From positions 16,202 through 80,201 of the forward strand of contig CAMORN010000001.1 of NCBI GenBank assembly GCA_946623825.1: 64,000 bases of DNA, given 5' to 3'. Position 1 is the first letter of the stretch; every line of letters starts with the position of its first letter. Position numbers and translations under genes: made by a program. Shown piece by piece: positions 40,701 through 49,985 of the stretch. The notes under the pieces are model-generated. The model searched no databases, was not told the origin of the DNA, and worked only from the letters and a program-made list of their open reading frames with translations. Origin of the DNA: an uncultured Alphaproteobacteria bacterium (GTDB lineage Bacteria > Pseudomonadota > Alphaproteobacteria > Rs-D84).

Positions 40701-40817
40701 GGTGCTGTTATGATTGGTGGTATGTGTGCATCTTTGATATGGACTTTTTCATTAACGCCAGCGTTATTCTTTGTCATGGAAAAATTGCGTATGAAATTGG
40801 CTAAATTGAAAAGATAA
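37791..40817 (+). CDS. RND efflux permease (AcrB/AcrD/AcrF family)
   Basis: 'FFIRKPV', 'YPGASSEEIESQV', two periplasmic halves and about 12 TM helices; about 1008 aa. Confidence 0.95.
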   Translation: MLKFFIRKPVTTIMFVLFFVILGIVSFPKMNIERTPSVDFPYVTATFVYPGASSEEIESQVVKKAENAMSEVAGVKKITSSVYENSAFVVAEFNLGVNVDDKANEVKAKIDGLANDFPDDLKQPVIAKLNPLQQAVLDIVIKGGNPKDIEKYIDDTLSNKLTSVKGVASVDTFGGRERAVRISMDPDLMAAHGVTINDIVNAIATRNLNVPGGKIETNINSENVRFVGEFQSVDEIANLEIATVEGETFKLSSVANVRDEMRDIENGARYNGENVVIMSIVKASDGNAIKISKALRQKLPELESVMQQKFPDTTMEIVFDSSIHVSDDTNDTINGIILGVIFTIIVLLAFTRNWRSTIIAGVVIPASLLSGFFLMDGSGFTINAMTLLAYATALGTLVSNAIILIESALTELHAGKSPDEAAEQGTKKVAVPVLAGVGTNVVVFLPLAFMGGIAGQFMLQFGMTVVYLTLLSLLFSFTLTPMMIAKLLRLPRKQQTKKDIKELKEHNDATRLHSWYEYQYKHPFYVILGAIGVLIMSAQLMGFVGNEFSPSTDANEITIKARTPMGSVYAKSESVAKQIEEKLKQFPEVESTTVKIGERGLENINVKVSLVDVKKRNISDKKLAQKILPTLSDIKDAEIQIRAGEAISGSAISSDMVLNVYGDDDVKRAAYANQIIDMVNKIEAVQSAVIAQQEPSNEIRFIPDDEKMNFWGVKNAQAGSTLRTALFGNDNYKYKEKGDEYPIILEFEKQYKKQTMFENVYVNSHKGMVALSQLGQIKSVPATSNINRLDKSRVTEIDINIGKSTLGPVQNEIQKKLDSINWETGYRASFAGMSEIQDETNGEIGQAFLLATILTFMLLAAIMNSLIHPFTIATSIITSFAGVFVVLFLSGASLNIGAMLAFIMLVGLVVNNNILVLEPTVARVQSGEDAKTVLWQELMDKKRMIWMTTIAVVAGMIPQLWANDGMKVAMGAVMIGGMCASLIWTFSLTPALFFVMEKLRMKLAKLKR

Positions 40818-40880
40818 AACGCATACTTGATATTTTATCTTTTTAGGTTATATTTTATATGTGAATAAAATCGGGATAAA

Positions 40881-41543
40881 ATGAAAAAAGAAACAGTTAT
40901 AAATGATATTAAAACAGCCGGTGTTATAGTTAGTGCTGCGTTGGTATTGAATTCCTGTGATGGGGATAAAAAAGCATTGTCTGAAAAACAAATGCAAACT
41001 GTTTGTCATAAAACAGACAGCGTGGTTAAGACAGACCAATATTACAGGGTTGCACACAGTATGAATTATTTGGCAGATAAACAAGTAAATGAATATCGTG
41101 CGAAAAATAAATCTTTGGTAAAAAAATATTCTTCATCTTATATAAAAAAAGAAATCAAAGAAGAAAAATTGTATAAATTTATGATGTCTTCTTTGAAATA
41201 TGAAACAATGGCGTTGGATGATAGTGATGTTATAATTGATGCCGAAGATTATGTTGATCACAGTGAAAGAAACGATAATATAAATTATATTCGCAGAAAC
41301 GAAAGATGGTTTAATGATTTGATGTTGTATTTGTCTGGTAAATATAATGACAGACAATTGTTAAACAGCGAATTTTTCAAAATCATCAAAGATAAAAATT
41401 TAAGACAAAGTTTCGAACATAACACAAAACAAATTGAAAAGTTGTCTGCTGTTGTTCATGATACAGACAGTGTTCAAAACAGTATTTACACAAAATATTT
41501 TAATGAATATAAATCAGAAGAAATGAAAACAAAAAAGAGATAA
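40881..41543 (+). CDS. Hypothetical protein, possible lipoprotein
   Basis: Hydrophobic stretch followed by LNSC; lysine-rich; ends in KTKKR. Confidence 0.65.
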   Translation: MKKETVINDIKTAGVIVSAALVLNSCDGDKKALSEKQMQTVCHKTDSVVKTDQYYRVAHSMNYLADKQVNEYRAKNKSLVKKYSSSYIKKEIKEEKLYKFMMSSLKYETMALDDSDVIIDAEDYVDHSERNDNINYIRRNERWFNDLMLYLSGKYNDRQLLNSEFFKIIKDKNLRQSFEHNTKQIEKLSAVVHDTDSVQNSIYTKYFNEYKSEEMKTKKR

Positions 41544-41549
41544 AATATT

Positions 41550-42146
41550 ATGTTACAGAAAGTAAATGTAGTGGTTTTTGATTTTGATGGCACATTGTCA
41601 GCAAGTGATTCTAATTATGAATTTGGAAAATATTGTTTTAAACATTCAATTCGTCCTTGGTTTTTTTTGCCAATGATTTTTGTTGCACAAATTGGGAAAA
41701 TATTGAATCCAGATGGAATTTGGTGGCGTCAAACTATGCGCAGATTTTTAACAGAAAACATGGTCAAAGAATTGTCTGGAAAATTGATTGTTGAACATAA
41801 ACAGAGACGTTTTGGTTGGGCAAAAGACCAAGTTGCAAAAGAAAGAAAAAACGGCAACAAAGTTGTTTTGATTTCAGCCAGCACAAATTATATGATTCCT
41901 AAATTGGTTTCTGATATGAAATTTGATGCGGTTTTGACTTCTCAAATGGAACAATCAAAACCATGGAAATATAAATTTTTGTGTTGGGGAAATAATAAAG
42001 TAGTCGCATTGGATAATTGGGCAAAAGAAAACAAATATATTCCAAATGTGGTTCGTGCTTATTCGGACAGCAAATCAGATTTGCCAATCATGGAAATCGC
42101 AAAAGAACAGGTTTGGATAGATAAGAAAACAGGTCTCAGAAAATAA
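41550..42146 (+). CDS. HAD-IB family hydrolase
   Basis: VFDFDGTL, LISAS, NKV and AYSDSKSD motifs. Confidence 0.92.
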   Translation: MLQKVNVVVFDFDGTLSASDSNYEFGKYCFKHSIRPWFFLPMIFVAQIGKILNPDGIWWRQTMRRFLTENMVKELSGKLIVEHKQRRFGWAKDQVAKERKNGNKVVLISASTNYMIPKLVSDMKFDAVLTSQMEQSKPWKYKFLCWGNNKVVALDNWAKENKYIPNVVRAYSDSKSDLPIMEIAKEQVWIDKKTGLRK

Positions 42147-42239
42147 TTGAAAAAAGCCACTTTTTTGTGGCTTTTTTATTTTCTTGCTTAACTTGATATT
42201 TAGGTTTTTTGGTGTATAATTCGGCAAAAGAGGTTTTGT

Positions 42240-43490
42240 ATGGATATGGTCAGTTTTTTTATCGGTGGCACAATAGGATTAATTCTCGGGATTATGGCTA
42301 TTTTGTTGTTTCGTAAAAACAGCAATAATTCTGATGTCGAATTAGAACGAGCCAAGGCTATTGTCATGACGCAAAAACAAGAATTGGATAAATTGCGTCT
42401 TGATAACCAAGAATTAAATCGTGAAGCTGCTGCAAAAAAACAAGAAGTTGCGACTTTAAATAATGTTCGTGATAAAATGTTAAACGATTTCAAGGCAATA
42501 TCTGCGGAATTAATAGAAAAACAGAAAGAATCTGTCATTGGAACACAAAAAACCGTATTGGGACCAATGCAGGAACAAATGCAAAAATTAAAAGATGGTT
42601 TTGAAAACAAGATTACAGAAATTCTTAAAACAACTTCTGCAAATAAAGCAAGCATTGATGAACAAATTAAAAATATGTTATCACACAGTGATTCTTTACA
42701 GAAAGAAGCAAATAATCTTGCAAATGCTCTTAAAAACAAAAAGACACAGGGTTGTTGGGGTGAATTGTATCTCGAAAATATTTTGCAAATGTTGGGCATG
42801 GTTGAAGGGGTAGATTACACCCGCGAAGAATTTTTCCGTGTTGAACAAGATGATGATGAAAAAAAGAAAAATATTCGTCCTGATTTTATTGTGAATTTAC
42901 CAAACAATAAACGCATTATTATTGATTCCAAGGTTTCTATGGAAAGTTATCTGAAATATGAAAACGCAGAAACAGATGAAGAACGTGAACAATATGCAAA
43001 CGAATTTATTCAAGCAACTGAAAACCATATAAACGAATTATCAACAAAAGAATATCAAAAGAAAGTCAAAAATAGCGGTCTTGATTATGTGTTTATGTTT
43101 ATGCCGTTGGAATCTGCTTATATATTGGCTATGCGTAAAAAACCAGATTTATATGCCAGTGCACAAAAAGATGGTGTGGCATTAATTACATCGTCATTGT
43201 TGTTTCCTATGTTAAAGACTGTCGAAATGATGCTGAAAATGGAAAAACAAAGCAAAAACATAACAGAAGTTGTAGATATAATAAACAAACTGTATGAAAA
43301 ATATGTTTTGTTCACCGAAAATTTTGCAAGTATAGGAAGAAGTTTGGAATCTGTGTCCAAGACATATGACAAGGCACGTGGTCAATTGGTCGATGGAAAT
43401 AACAATATGTCTAAATTGTTTAATGATGTTAAACAAAAAAGTGGTATAACAACAAATAAAAACATAGCATTGGAATACAAAGATGAATAA
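42240..43490 (+). CDS. rmuC: DNA recombination protein RmuC
   Basis: N-terminal TM segment and coiled coil; 'QGCWGELYLENIL', 'RPDFIVNLP', 'IIDSKVS' and 'FMFMPLES' motifs. Confidence 0.93.
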   Translation: MDMVSFFIGGTIGLILGIMAILLFRKNSNNSDVELERAKAIVMTQKQELDKLRLDNQELNREAAAKKQEVATLNNVRDKMLNDFKAISAELIEKQKESVIGTQKTVLGPMQEQMQKLKDGFENKITEILKTTSANKASIDEQIKNMLSHSDSLQKEANNLANALKNKKTQGCWGELYLENILQMLGMVEGVDYTREEFFRVEQDDDEKKKNIRPDFIVNLPNNKRIIIDSKVSMESYLKYENAETDEEREQYANEFIQATENHINELSTKEYQKKVKNSGLDYVFMFMPLESAYILAMRKKPDLYASAQKDGVALITSSLLFPMLKTVEMMLKMEKQSKNITEVVDIINKLYEKYVLFTENFASIGRSLESVSKTYDKARGQLVDGNNNMSKLFNDVKQKSGITTNKNIALEYKDE

Positions 43491-43989
43491 ATTAGAAATG
43501 AAAGTTTGTGGTGATTTGGTTTTGCGTGAAAAATGCGAACCTGTTGAAAATATCACACAAGAAATCTTGGACGATATGAACGAAATGATTAAGATGATGC
43601 AGGAACAAAGTGGGGTCGGTATGGCTGCGCCTCAGGTTGGTATTACAAAAAGATTCTTGGTCATGATGGATCCAGATACCAATGTTATTTATCGCATGAT
43701 AAATCCTGAAATCATTTCAAGAAGTGAAGAAACCTGTGTTATGGAAGAAGGATGTTTGTCCGTATTGGGGGCAGATGGGTTGCCTGTTTATTCAAATGTC
43801 AGACGTCCAAAGACAGTAGAAGTTAAATGGACAAATGAAAAAGGCGAACATTGTCAAAGTGTTATGACAAATACATTGGGACGAATTGTTCAACACGAAA
43901 CAGACCATCTGGACGGGATTTTGTTTATAGATTATTTGTCCGGGGTAAAACGTGAAATGTTGATGCGCAAAGTAAATCGGAGACATTAA
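43483..43989 (+). CDS. def: Peptide deformylase
   Basis: GVGMAAPQVG, EGCLS and QHETDHLDG motifs. Confidence 0.97.
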   Translation: MNKLEMKVCGDLVLREKCEPVENITQEILDDMNEMIKMMQEQSGVGMAAPQVGITKRFLVMMDPDTNVIYRMINPEIISRSEETCVMEEGCLSVLGADGLPVYSNVRRPKTVEVKWTNEKGEHCQSVMTNTLGRIVQHETDHLDGILFIDYLSGVKREMLMRKVNRRH

Positions 43990-44802
43990 ATGAAAATTAT
44001 TTTAATGGGAACAAATTCATTTGTTGTACCTGTGTTTGATGCGGTTGCGAACAAACACGATGTTGTTTCTGTTTTTACGCGTGCGCCAAAACCAACGGGA
44101 CGCAAACATATTTTAACACCATCACCGGTTCATCAATGGGCTGAAAAACGTGGTTTGACGGTTCATACATCTATCAAAGAATTTGATGCAGAACATGAAC
44201 ATGCAGATATGATATTGGTTTTTTCGTACGGTGTTATTTTGCGTGATAATGTTTTAAATGCTGCAAGATGTGTAAATATTCACCCAAGTTCTTTGCCAAA
44301 ATATCGTGGTCCATCACCAATTAGAACCGCTATATTAAATGGTGATAAAAATATGGATGTGTGTTTGATGGCTATGTCTGCGGAAATGGACGCGGGCGAT
44401 ATTTATATGCGTAAAACCATAGATATAGACGAAAACGACACAAATGAAATTATGGAATCTAAGGTTTCAGATATCGCAATAAAAATGTTAGATGAATATA
44501 TGGAAAATCCTGAGGGTTTTATTGCGGAACCACAAATTGGTGAACCTACATTTACCAGAAAATTCGAAGGAAACGATGAAATCATAGATTGGACAAAAGA
44601 TGTACATCAAATACATAACCAGATTCGCGCATTGGGTTGTGGACGAACAAAAATAAACGGTGTTGATGTCAAAATCTTGGAAACCAAAATAGAAAATAAC
44701 GAGTTGAGAATTGTAAAAATTCAACCTGCTGGTAAAAACGCAATGGATTGGAAAAGTTTCCTTAACGGATTACACACCAGCGAAATTAAATATGGAGAAT
44801 AA
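43990..44802 (+). CDS. fmt: Methionyl-tRNA formyltransferase
   Basis: MGTNSF, NIHPSSLPKYRGPSPI and MDAGD motifs; follows def. Confidence 0.95.
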   Translation: MKIILMGTNSFVVPVFDAVANKHDVVSVFTRAPKPTGRKHILTPSPVHQWAEKRGLTVHTSIKEFDAEHEHADMILVFSYGVILRDNVLNAARCVNIHPSSLPKYRGPSPIRTAILNGDKNMDVCLMAMSAEMDAGDIYMRKTIDIDENDTNEIMESKVSDIAIKMLDEYMENPEGFIAEPQIGEPTFTRKFEGNDEIIDWTKDVHQIHNQIRALGCGRTKINGVDVKILETKIENNELRIVKIQPAGKNAMDWKSFLNGLHTSEIKYGE

Positions 44803-44804
44803 AA

Positions 44805-44969
44805 ATGGCTTTTTTCTGTAAAGTTCAACAATGTCTTGTTCGACCAAATGTATATAATGGCAATGCTGATTCTCAAAAAGAATGTATCAATTTTAATGCA
44901 CAAAACCAAAATATATGTAATCAATGTGTCCAATGGGTCAGGGAAGCAATCACAGTACAATCAAGATAA
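44805..44969 (+). CDS. 54-aa Cys-rich small protein between fmt and truA (not in the ORF track)
   Basis: Manual translation MAFFCKVQQCLVRPNVYNGNADSQKECINFNAQNQNICNQCVQWVREAITVQSR; GGAG RBS; fills the gap with 2-bp and 3-bp spacers. Confidence 0.65.
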   Translation: MAFFCKVQQCLVRPNVYNGNADSQKECINFNAQNQNICNQCVQWVREAITVQSR

Positions 44970-44972
44970 ATA

Positions 44973-45731
44973 ATGACACGATATAAAATAAATATTGAAT
45001 ATGACGGAACAAATTTAATTGGTTGGCAAGAAAACCAACAGGGACCATCTGTACAATCTTTGTTGCAAGATGCAATTTACAAATTTTGTTCCGAAAACAC
45101 AGAGGTTTATTCTGCAGGCCGTACAGACGCGGGTGTTCATGCCGTGTGTATGTCTGCCCATTTTGATTTAGAAAAACAAGCAGAACCAGAAACCATTTTG
45201 CGTGCGTTGAATTTTTATTTAAATGGCGAACCAGTTGTTGTGTTGTCTTGCGAACGTGTTGATGATAATTTTCATGCAAGATTTGATTGTGTAAAACGTT
45301 GTTATAAATATGTTGTGTTAAATCGTCCTATGAATACGGTTTTGCAAAATAATCGTGTTTGGTGGGTTCCACAAAAATTAAATATAGACGCAATGAAAAA
45401 AGCTGCGAAAGATTTAATCGGAAAACATGATTTCACATCTTTTCGTGCAGCACAATGTCAGGCTAAATCCCCAATAAAAACTTTAGATGTTTGTGAAATA
45501 ACACAAAATGGTGATGAAATAGTTTTTTATTTTGAAGCGCGTTCTTTCTTGCATCATCAGGTGCGTAATATGGTTGGTACATTGATTGATATTGGTCGTG
45601 GTAAAGATTTAGATATAAATAAAATTTTTGATGCTAAAAATCGCAGCGCTGCGGGTATAAATGCACCGGCATCTGGGTTGTATTTTATGCGTGCGGTTTA
45701 TTCCACGGACGACGATAATAAATCTTTGTAA
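44973..45731 (+). CDS. truA: tRNA pseudouridine(38-40) synthase
   Basis: EYDGT..GWQ, AGRTDAGVHA, HARFD and SFLHHQVRNMVG motifs. Confidence 0.97.
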   Translation: MTRYKINIEYDGTNLIGWQENQQGPSVQSLLQDAIYKFCSENTEVYSAGRTDAGVHAVCMSAHFDLEKQAEPETILRALNFYLNGEPVVVLSCERVDDNFHARFDCVKRCYKYVVLNRPMNTVLQNNRVWWVPQKLNIDAMKKAAKDLIGKHDFTSFRAAQCQAKSPIKTLDVCEITQNGDEIVFYFEARSFLHHQVRNMVGTLIDIGRGKDLDINKIFDAKNRSAAGINAPASGLYFMRAVYSTDDDNKSL

Positions 45732-47646
45732 TTTTTCCAGACGGATAAATAAATATTGCGCCATTTAAAATTTTTGCATTGCATTTTGGTGCGTTTATTT
45801 CAAATGGTGAAATAATAAAATTAATATCTTCGTTTTTACACATTGTTGCTATGTTATTCATAATTGATGTGAAATTATTCAGATAAACCAAATTCCAATT
45901 TTTCGTATTATATATACAGATTCCTTTCTTGCATTTATGTGTTTCATTTGTCGTGGTTGCTGGTTCGCCGTTTAATTCGCGCCATGAATTAAACGCAAAA
46001 TAATGTGATGAAAATTTAGCCCTGTTGAATTTTATATGATTATCATAAACCATACCAATTAATTGATTGTCATATGTAGAATAAAACAAAGGTTTTTGAT
46101 TTGTTGTATATATTGTTAGTGATGAAATAATTAAAGCAGATGCGATAATATAATTTATGTTTCTTAACCAGAAATTTTTCACATCTGTTTTAACATATAA
46201 TACAACACACATTAAAGCCAAGATTGATAATATTAAAACAGTATTAGAAATATGATATGTATAAATATTTGCATATGGCAAATTTGTTATTTTGTCTGCG
46301 ATATTTAATGCGAAGTTATAAATGTTATCTGTTAAATGTAAAAGATAATGACCATTAAACAATGCGCATATTGTTCCAACCATAACCAACGGCATAATCA
46401 GGAAAGAAAATATTGGTAAAATAATCAAATTACCAATCACAGAATAGACGGGAATATTTCCAAAATGTGCGATTACAAAAGGCATGGTAAATATTGTTGC
46501 GATAAATGCAGTCTGGAAAGAAGCTTTTATGAAATATAAAAATTTTTGAATAAAATTTCTTTTCTTGTATTGCGTGTCGTTAAAGAACCAAAGCAACCCG
46601 AATATAGCAGCAAAAGATAATTGGAATCCAGCGTTCATTACAAAAAATGGATTTATAAAAAATAAAATTAAAAATGCCAATGCAGCGTTTCGCAATGATA
46701 AAATATTTCGTCCAAACAAAGTCGCAACAAATATCAAAGTTGTCATTAAAAACGCGCGAATTGTTGCGACACTGATGCCCGATAAACATAAATAAGATAT
46801 CAGACCAAACCATGAACAAATAATGGCTGGATATTTTGCAGGTATGCGTTTTGTTATGTATGAAACAGAACGAAATAATAAATAAAATAATGTAAATAAC
46901 CAACCACCGACCAATGTCATGTGAAAACCGCTGATTGACCAAACATGTCCCAGACCAACGGAACGCCAAATGTTTGCTTCGTTTTCAGGTAAAGATTTTT
47001 TATATCCCAAAACCAAAGAATCTGTTAAAACGGAATTTGATTTTTTATGAATATAATCTCGTAAATTATTATTATATTCAGTTGTTTTTGTTATTTTATA
47101 TGAATCTATGAAACCAATACCAGATAGGTTGTTAAAATATGACCATCTTTCAAAATCAAAAGAATCTGGAATATATTTTTGTGTTGGGTGAAATACATTT
47201 GCGGTTGCTGTTATTTCATCATTTATTTTTATATCTGTATCATTTTTAACAGAAAACCGTATGTTAAGATTTTTGTTGTCTTGAATTTTAGAATCTATTT
47301 GTTTTGTTGGCAGATTTATTGTTATAAATGATGATTTTTGTGAATAATCTATATTTGTTACAATACCAGATATATTTATCTTTCCAAAAGAATCATGAAT
47401 TTGCGGTGTATTAACAAAATGTGTAAAACACATTGCATAAAAGAAACCAAATGCAAATAACATTATCGCGCGCAGAAATACATTTTTATATTTATAAATA
47501 ATTGCCCCAATTAAAATTGTAATAAGGAAAGGAAATTGAATATCTGGTTCAATTCCTAATGAAAAATAAAGACCTGCACCGAAAGCCAATAAAAACGGCA
47601 CCCACAAAAACAGATTTTTATATTGATTTTCTATGATTTCTTTCAT
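45685..47646 (-). CDS. comEC: ComEC/Rec2 competence membrane channel
   Basis: 'GLGHVWSISGFHM', 'ATIRAFLM' and 'GFQLSFAA' motifs; N-terminal OB-like domain. Start placed at MKEIIEN; the 3' end overlaps truA. Confidence 0.92.
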   Translation of the reverse strand: MKEIIENQYKNLFLWVPFLLAFGAGLYFSLGIEPDIQFPFLITILIGAIIYKYKNVFLRAIMLFAFGFFYAMCFTHFVNTPQIHDSFGKINISGIVTNIDYSQKSSFITINLPTKQIDSKIQDNKNLNIRFSVKNDTDIKINDEITATANVFHPTQKYIPDSFDFERWSYFNNLSGIGFIDSYKITKTTEYNNNLRDYIHKKSNSVLTDSLVLGYKKSLPENEANIWRSVGLGHVWSISGFHMTLVGGWLFTLFYLLFRSVSYITKRIPAKYPAIICSWFGLISYLCLSGISVATIRAFLMTTLIFVATLFGRNILSLRNAALAFLILFFINPFFVMNAGFQLSFAAIFGLLWFFNDTQYKKRNFIQKFLYFIKASFQTAFIATIFTMPFVIAHFGNIPVYSVIGNLIILPIFSFLIMPLVMVGTICALFNGHYLLHLTDNIYNFALNIADKITNLPYANIYTYHISNTVLILSILALMCVVLYVKTDVKNFWLRNINYIIASALIISSLTIYTTNQKPLFYSTYDNQLIGMVYDNHIKFNRAKFSSHYFAFNSWRELNGEPATTTNETHKCKKGICIYNTKNWNLVYLNNFTSIMNNIATMCKNEDINFIISPFEINAPKCNAKILNGAIFIYPSGKITKIYYRRPWNKPHA

Positions 47647-47725
47647 ATTCAGATTATAGGATTTTATTTTGTTGCATCGCAACCAATAATTTTTTAATAT
47701 AAATTTACATAAGGAGAAAAAACTT

Positions 47726-49294
47726 ATGTCTAGATACATTTTTGTTACAGGTGGGGTTGTATCAAGTTTAGGTAAGGGCGTTTCAGCGGCTTCGTTGGGC
47801 GCCCTTCTTCAATCCCGTGGATACACTGTTCATGTTCGTAAATTTGACCCATATCTTAATGTGGATCCGGGAACTATGTCCCCATTACAACATGGCGAAG
47901 TTTATGTCACAAACGACGGTTTTGAAACAGACCTTGATTTGGGATATTATGAAAGATTTCTTGGTGTGCATTTATCAAGAGATGATTCGTGTTCCGGTGG
48001 TCGTATTTATTGGGAAGTTTTAAATGCAGAACGTCGTGGGGATTATTTGGGTGCAACCGTCCAGATGATTCCACATGTTTCTAATAAAATTAAAGAACAC
48101 ATTTCAATTCCAACAAATACTGATTTTGTGATTTGTGAAATTGGTGGAACAGTTGGCGATATTGAACAAAAAATATTCCTTGAATCTATTCGTCAATATG
48201 CAAATGATGTTGGGCGCAGAAATGTTATGTTTGTGCATTTGGCATTGGCACCATATCTTGAACAGAGTGGGGAATTAAAAACAAAACCAACACAAATGTC
48301 TGTTCGCAGATTGCTTGAAAACGGTATTCAGGCAGATATGTTATTTGTTCGTTCGCCAAGAATGTTGACCAACGAAGAACGTGCTAAAATTGGTATGTTC
48401 TGTAATTTGCCTGCGAAAAATGTTATCACCAGTATCAATGTAGATAATATTTATAAAATTCCATTGGTATATGATGAACAAGATGTATTTAACATAATGG
48501 CACAACATTTTGGATTGCCAGAAGCAGCGGGCGATATGTCTAAATTTAAAAAGATCGAACATTATCTGAATAATGATTTGCCAACATGTACAATTGGTGT
48601 TGTTGGTAAATATTTTGATGTTGCAGACGCATATAAATCTTTGAATGAAGCATTGTTCCATGCGGCTGTGCAAAATAATGTGCATTTAAAAATTAAAAAG
48701 ATAGATGCTGAAAAATTCACCCCAGAAGAATGCAGTGATGTAGATGGTATTTTGATACCTGGTGGTTTTGGTTCGCGTGGGGTTGAGGGTAAAATCGCTG
48801 CTGTAAAATATGCGCGTGAAAACAATGTTCCGTTCATGGGAATTTGTTTGGGTATGCAAACAGCGGTTATTGAATTTATGCGTAATGTTGTCGGGGACGA
48901 AAATGCTAATTCAACAGAATTCGCAAAAAATTGTACGCCTGTGATAAACATTATGAATGATTGTGATTCTGAAAATATGGGTGGCACATTAAGATTGGGT
49001 GCGTATCCATGTGTTATTAAATCTGGAACATTGGCTGAAAAGATTTATGGCACAACAGAGATTTCAGAACGTCATCGTCATAGATACGAAGTTGATATAA
49101 AATACAAAGATGAATTAGAGAAAAAAGGAATGATTATATCTGGAATGTCGCCTGATGGAAAATTGCCAGAGATAATTGAAATTCCATCTCATAAATTCTT
49201 TATTGCGGGTCAATTCCATCCTGAATTCCAAAGCAATCCATACGATGGACACCCAATGTTTAATGCGTTTATATCAGCCGCAAAAAGAAAATAA
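47726..49294 (+). CDS. pyrG: CTP synthase
   Basis: GGVVSSLGKG, DPYLNVDPGTMSP, GICLGMQ and QFHPEF motifs. Confidence 0.98.
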   Translation: MSRYIFVTGGVVSSLGKGVSAASLGALLQSRGYTVHVRKFDPYLNVDPGTMSPLQHGEVYVTNDGFETDLDLGYYERFLGVHLSRDDSCSGGRIYWEVLNAERRGDYLGATVQMIPHVSNKIKEHISIPTNTDFVICEIGGTVGDIEQKIFLESIRQYANDVGRRNVMFVHLALAPYLEQSGELKTKPTQMSVRRLLENGIQADMLFVRSPRMLTNEERAKIGMFCNLPAKNVITSINVDNIYKIPLVYDEQDVFNIMAQHFGLPEAAGDMSKFKKIEHYLNNDLPTCTIGVVGKYFDVADAYKSLNEALFHAAVQNNVHLKIKKIDAEKFTPEECSDVDGILIPGGFGSRGVEGKIAAVKYARENNVPFMGICLGMQTAVIEFMRNVVGDENANSTEFAKNCTPVINIMNDCDSENMGGTLRLGAYPCVIKSGTLAEKIYGTTEISERHRHRYEVDIKYKDELEKKGMIISGMSPDGKLPEIIEIPSHKFFIAGQFHPEFQSNPYDGHPMFNAFISAAKRK

Positions 49295-49327
49295 AAAAAA
49301 GTCCCAAATGGGACTTTTTTTATTCTT

Positions 49328-49642
49328 TTATTTACCAAAAATGAAATCTGGGTTTGATGATATTTTGATAATTGCATCAATATCATCATTTTCAGATGAA
49401 TGTTGTTTAATTGTTTTTCCACATACCAGACATTTATGAATAATTATAAAACCGTCTTTTGTTGGTGTTGCGGATATTGGTTCCATCAAACCACCGCAAT
49501 TTGATTGGCGGTCGCCGGGGTTGTTATCAACGTGTTTAGAATATAAACAATTTGGGCAATGGTTTGTATATCCATTGCCCGAAACCTGATGACCACAATG
49601 TTCACAGGTAAAATTTTCAATGCGTTTTGTGAATCTTTTCAT
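49328..49642 (-). CDS. RNHCP domain zinc-binding protein
   Basis: 'FTCEHCG...TNHCPNCLYSKHVD..PGDR..NCGGLMEP' signature. Confidence 0.9.
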   Translation of the reverse strand: MKRFTKRIENFTCEHCGHQVSGNGYTNHCPNCLYSKHVDNNPGDRQSNCGGLMEPISATPTKDGFIIIHKCLVCGKTIKQHSSENDDIDAIIKISSNPDFIFGK

Positions 49643-49891
49643 TTATAATCCCAACGCGGTACGATACATTTTGGTCAATTCGTCTGCTTCGTCAATTTCG
49701 TCTTGGTCCATTTTACGCAAACGTATCATTTGACGAATGTATTTAGGATCAAAACCTGCTGATTTTGCTTCCTTATAAACTTCTTTGACATCAGCGGCGA
49801 TTGCGGCTGCGTCTTCATTTAATTTTTCAATTCTTTCAATAATTGTAATCAATTGATTGTTATCAAGTGCGCCATGATTTTCTATTTTCAT
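49643..49891 (-). CDS. DUF2312 / GapR-like nucleoid-associated protein
   Basis: 'QLITIIERIEKLNED...DVKEVYKEAKSAGFD...IRLRK' signature. Confidence 0.9.
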   Translation of the reverse strand: MKIENHGALDNNQLITIIERIEKLNEDAAAIAADVKEVYKEAKSAGFDPKYIRQMIRLRKMDQDEIDEADELTKMYRTALGL

Positions 49892-49985
49892 AATCCTTCC
49901 TCTTGTTTTTTAGGTTGTTTATATGATATATTAAAGATTGGAAAAATCAAATATTTTTACAAATAAAAAAAGAGAGAATAATCAA

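Noticed and set aside
45685-45731. 47-bp convergent overlap of truA and comEC as a regulatory device
   Set aside because: Short 3' overlaps are common in compact genomes.
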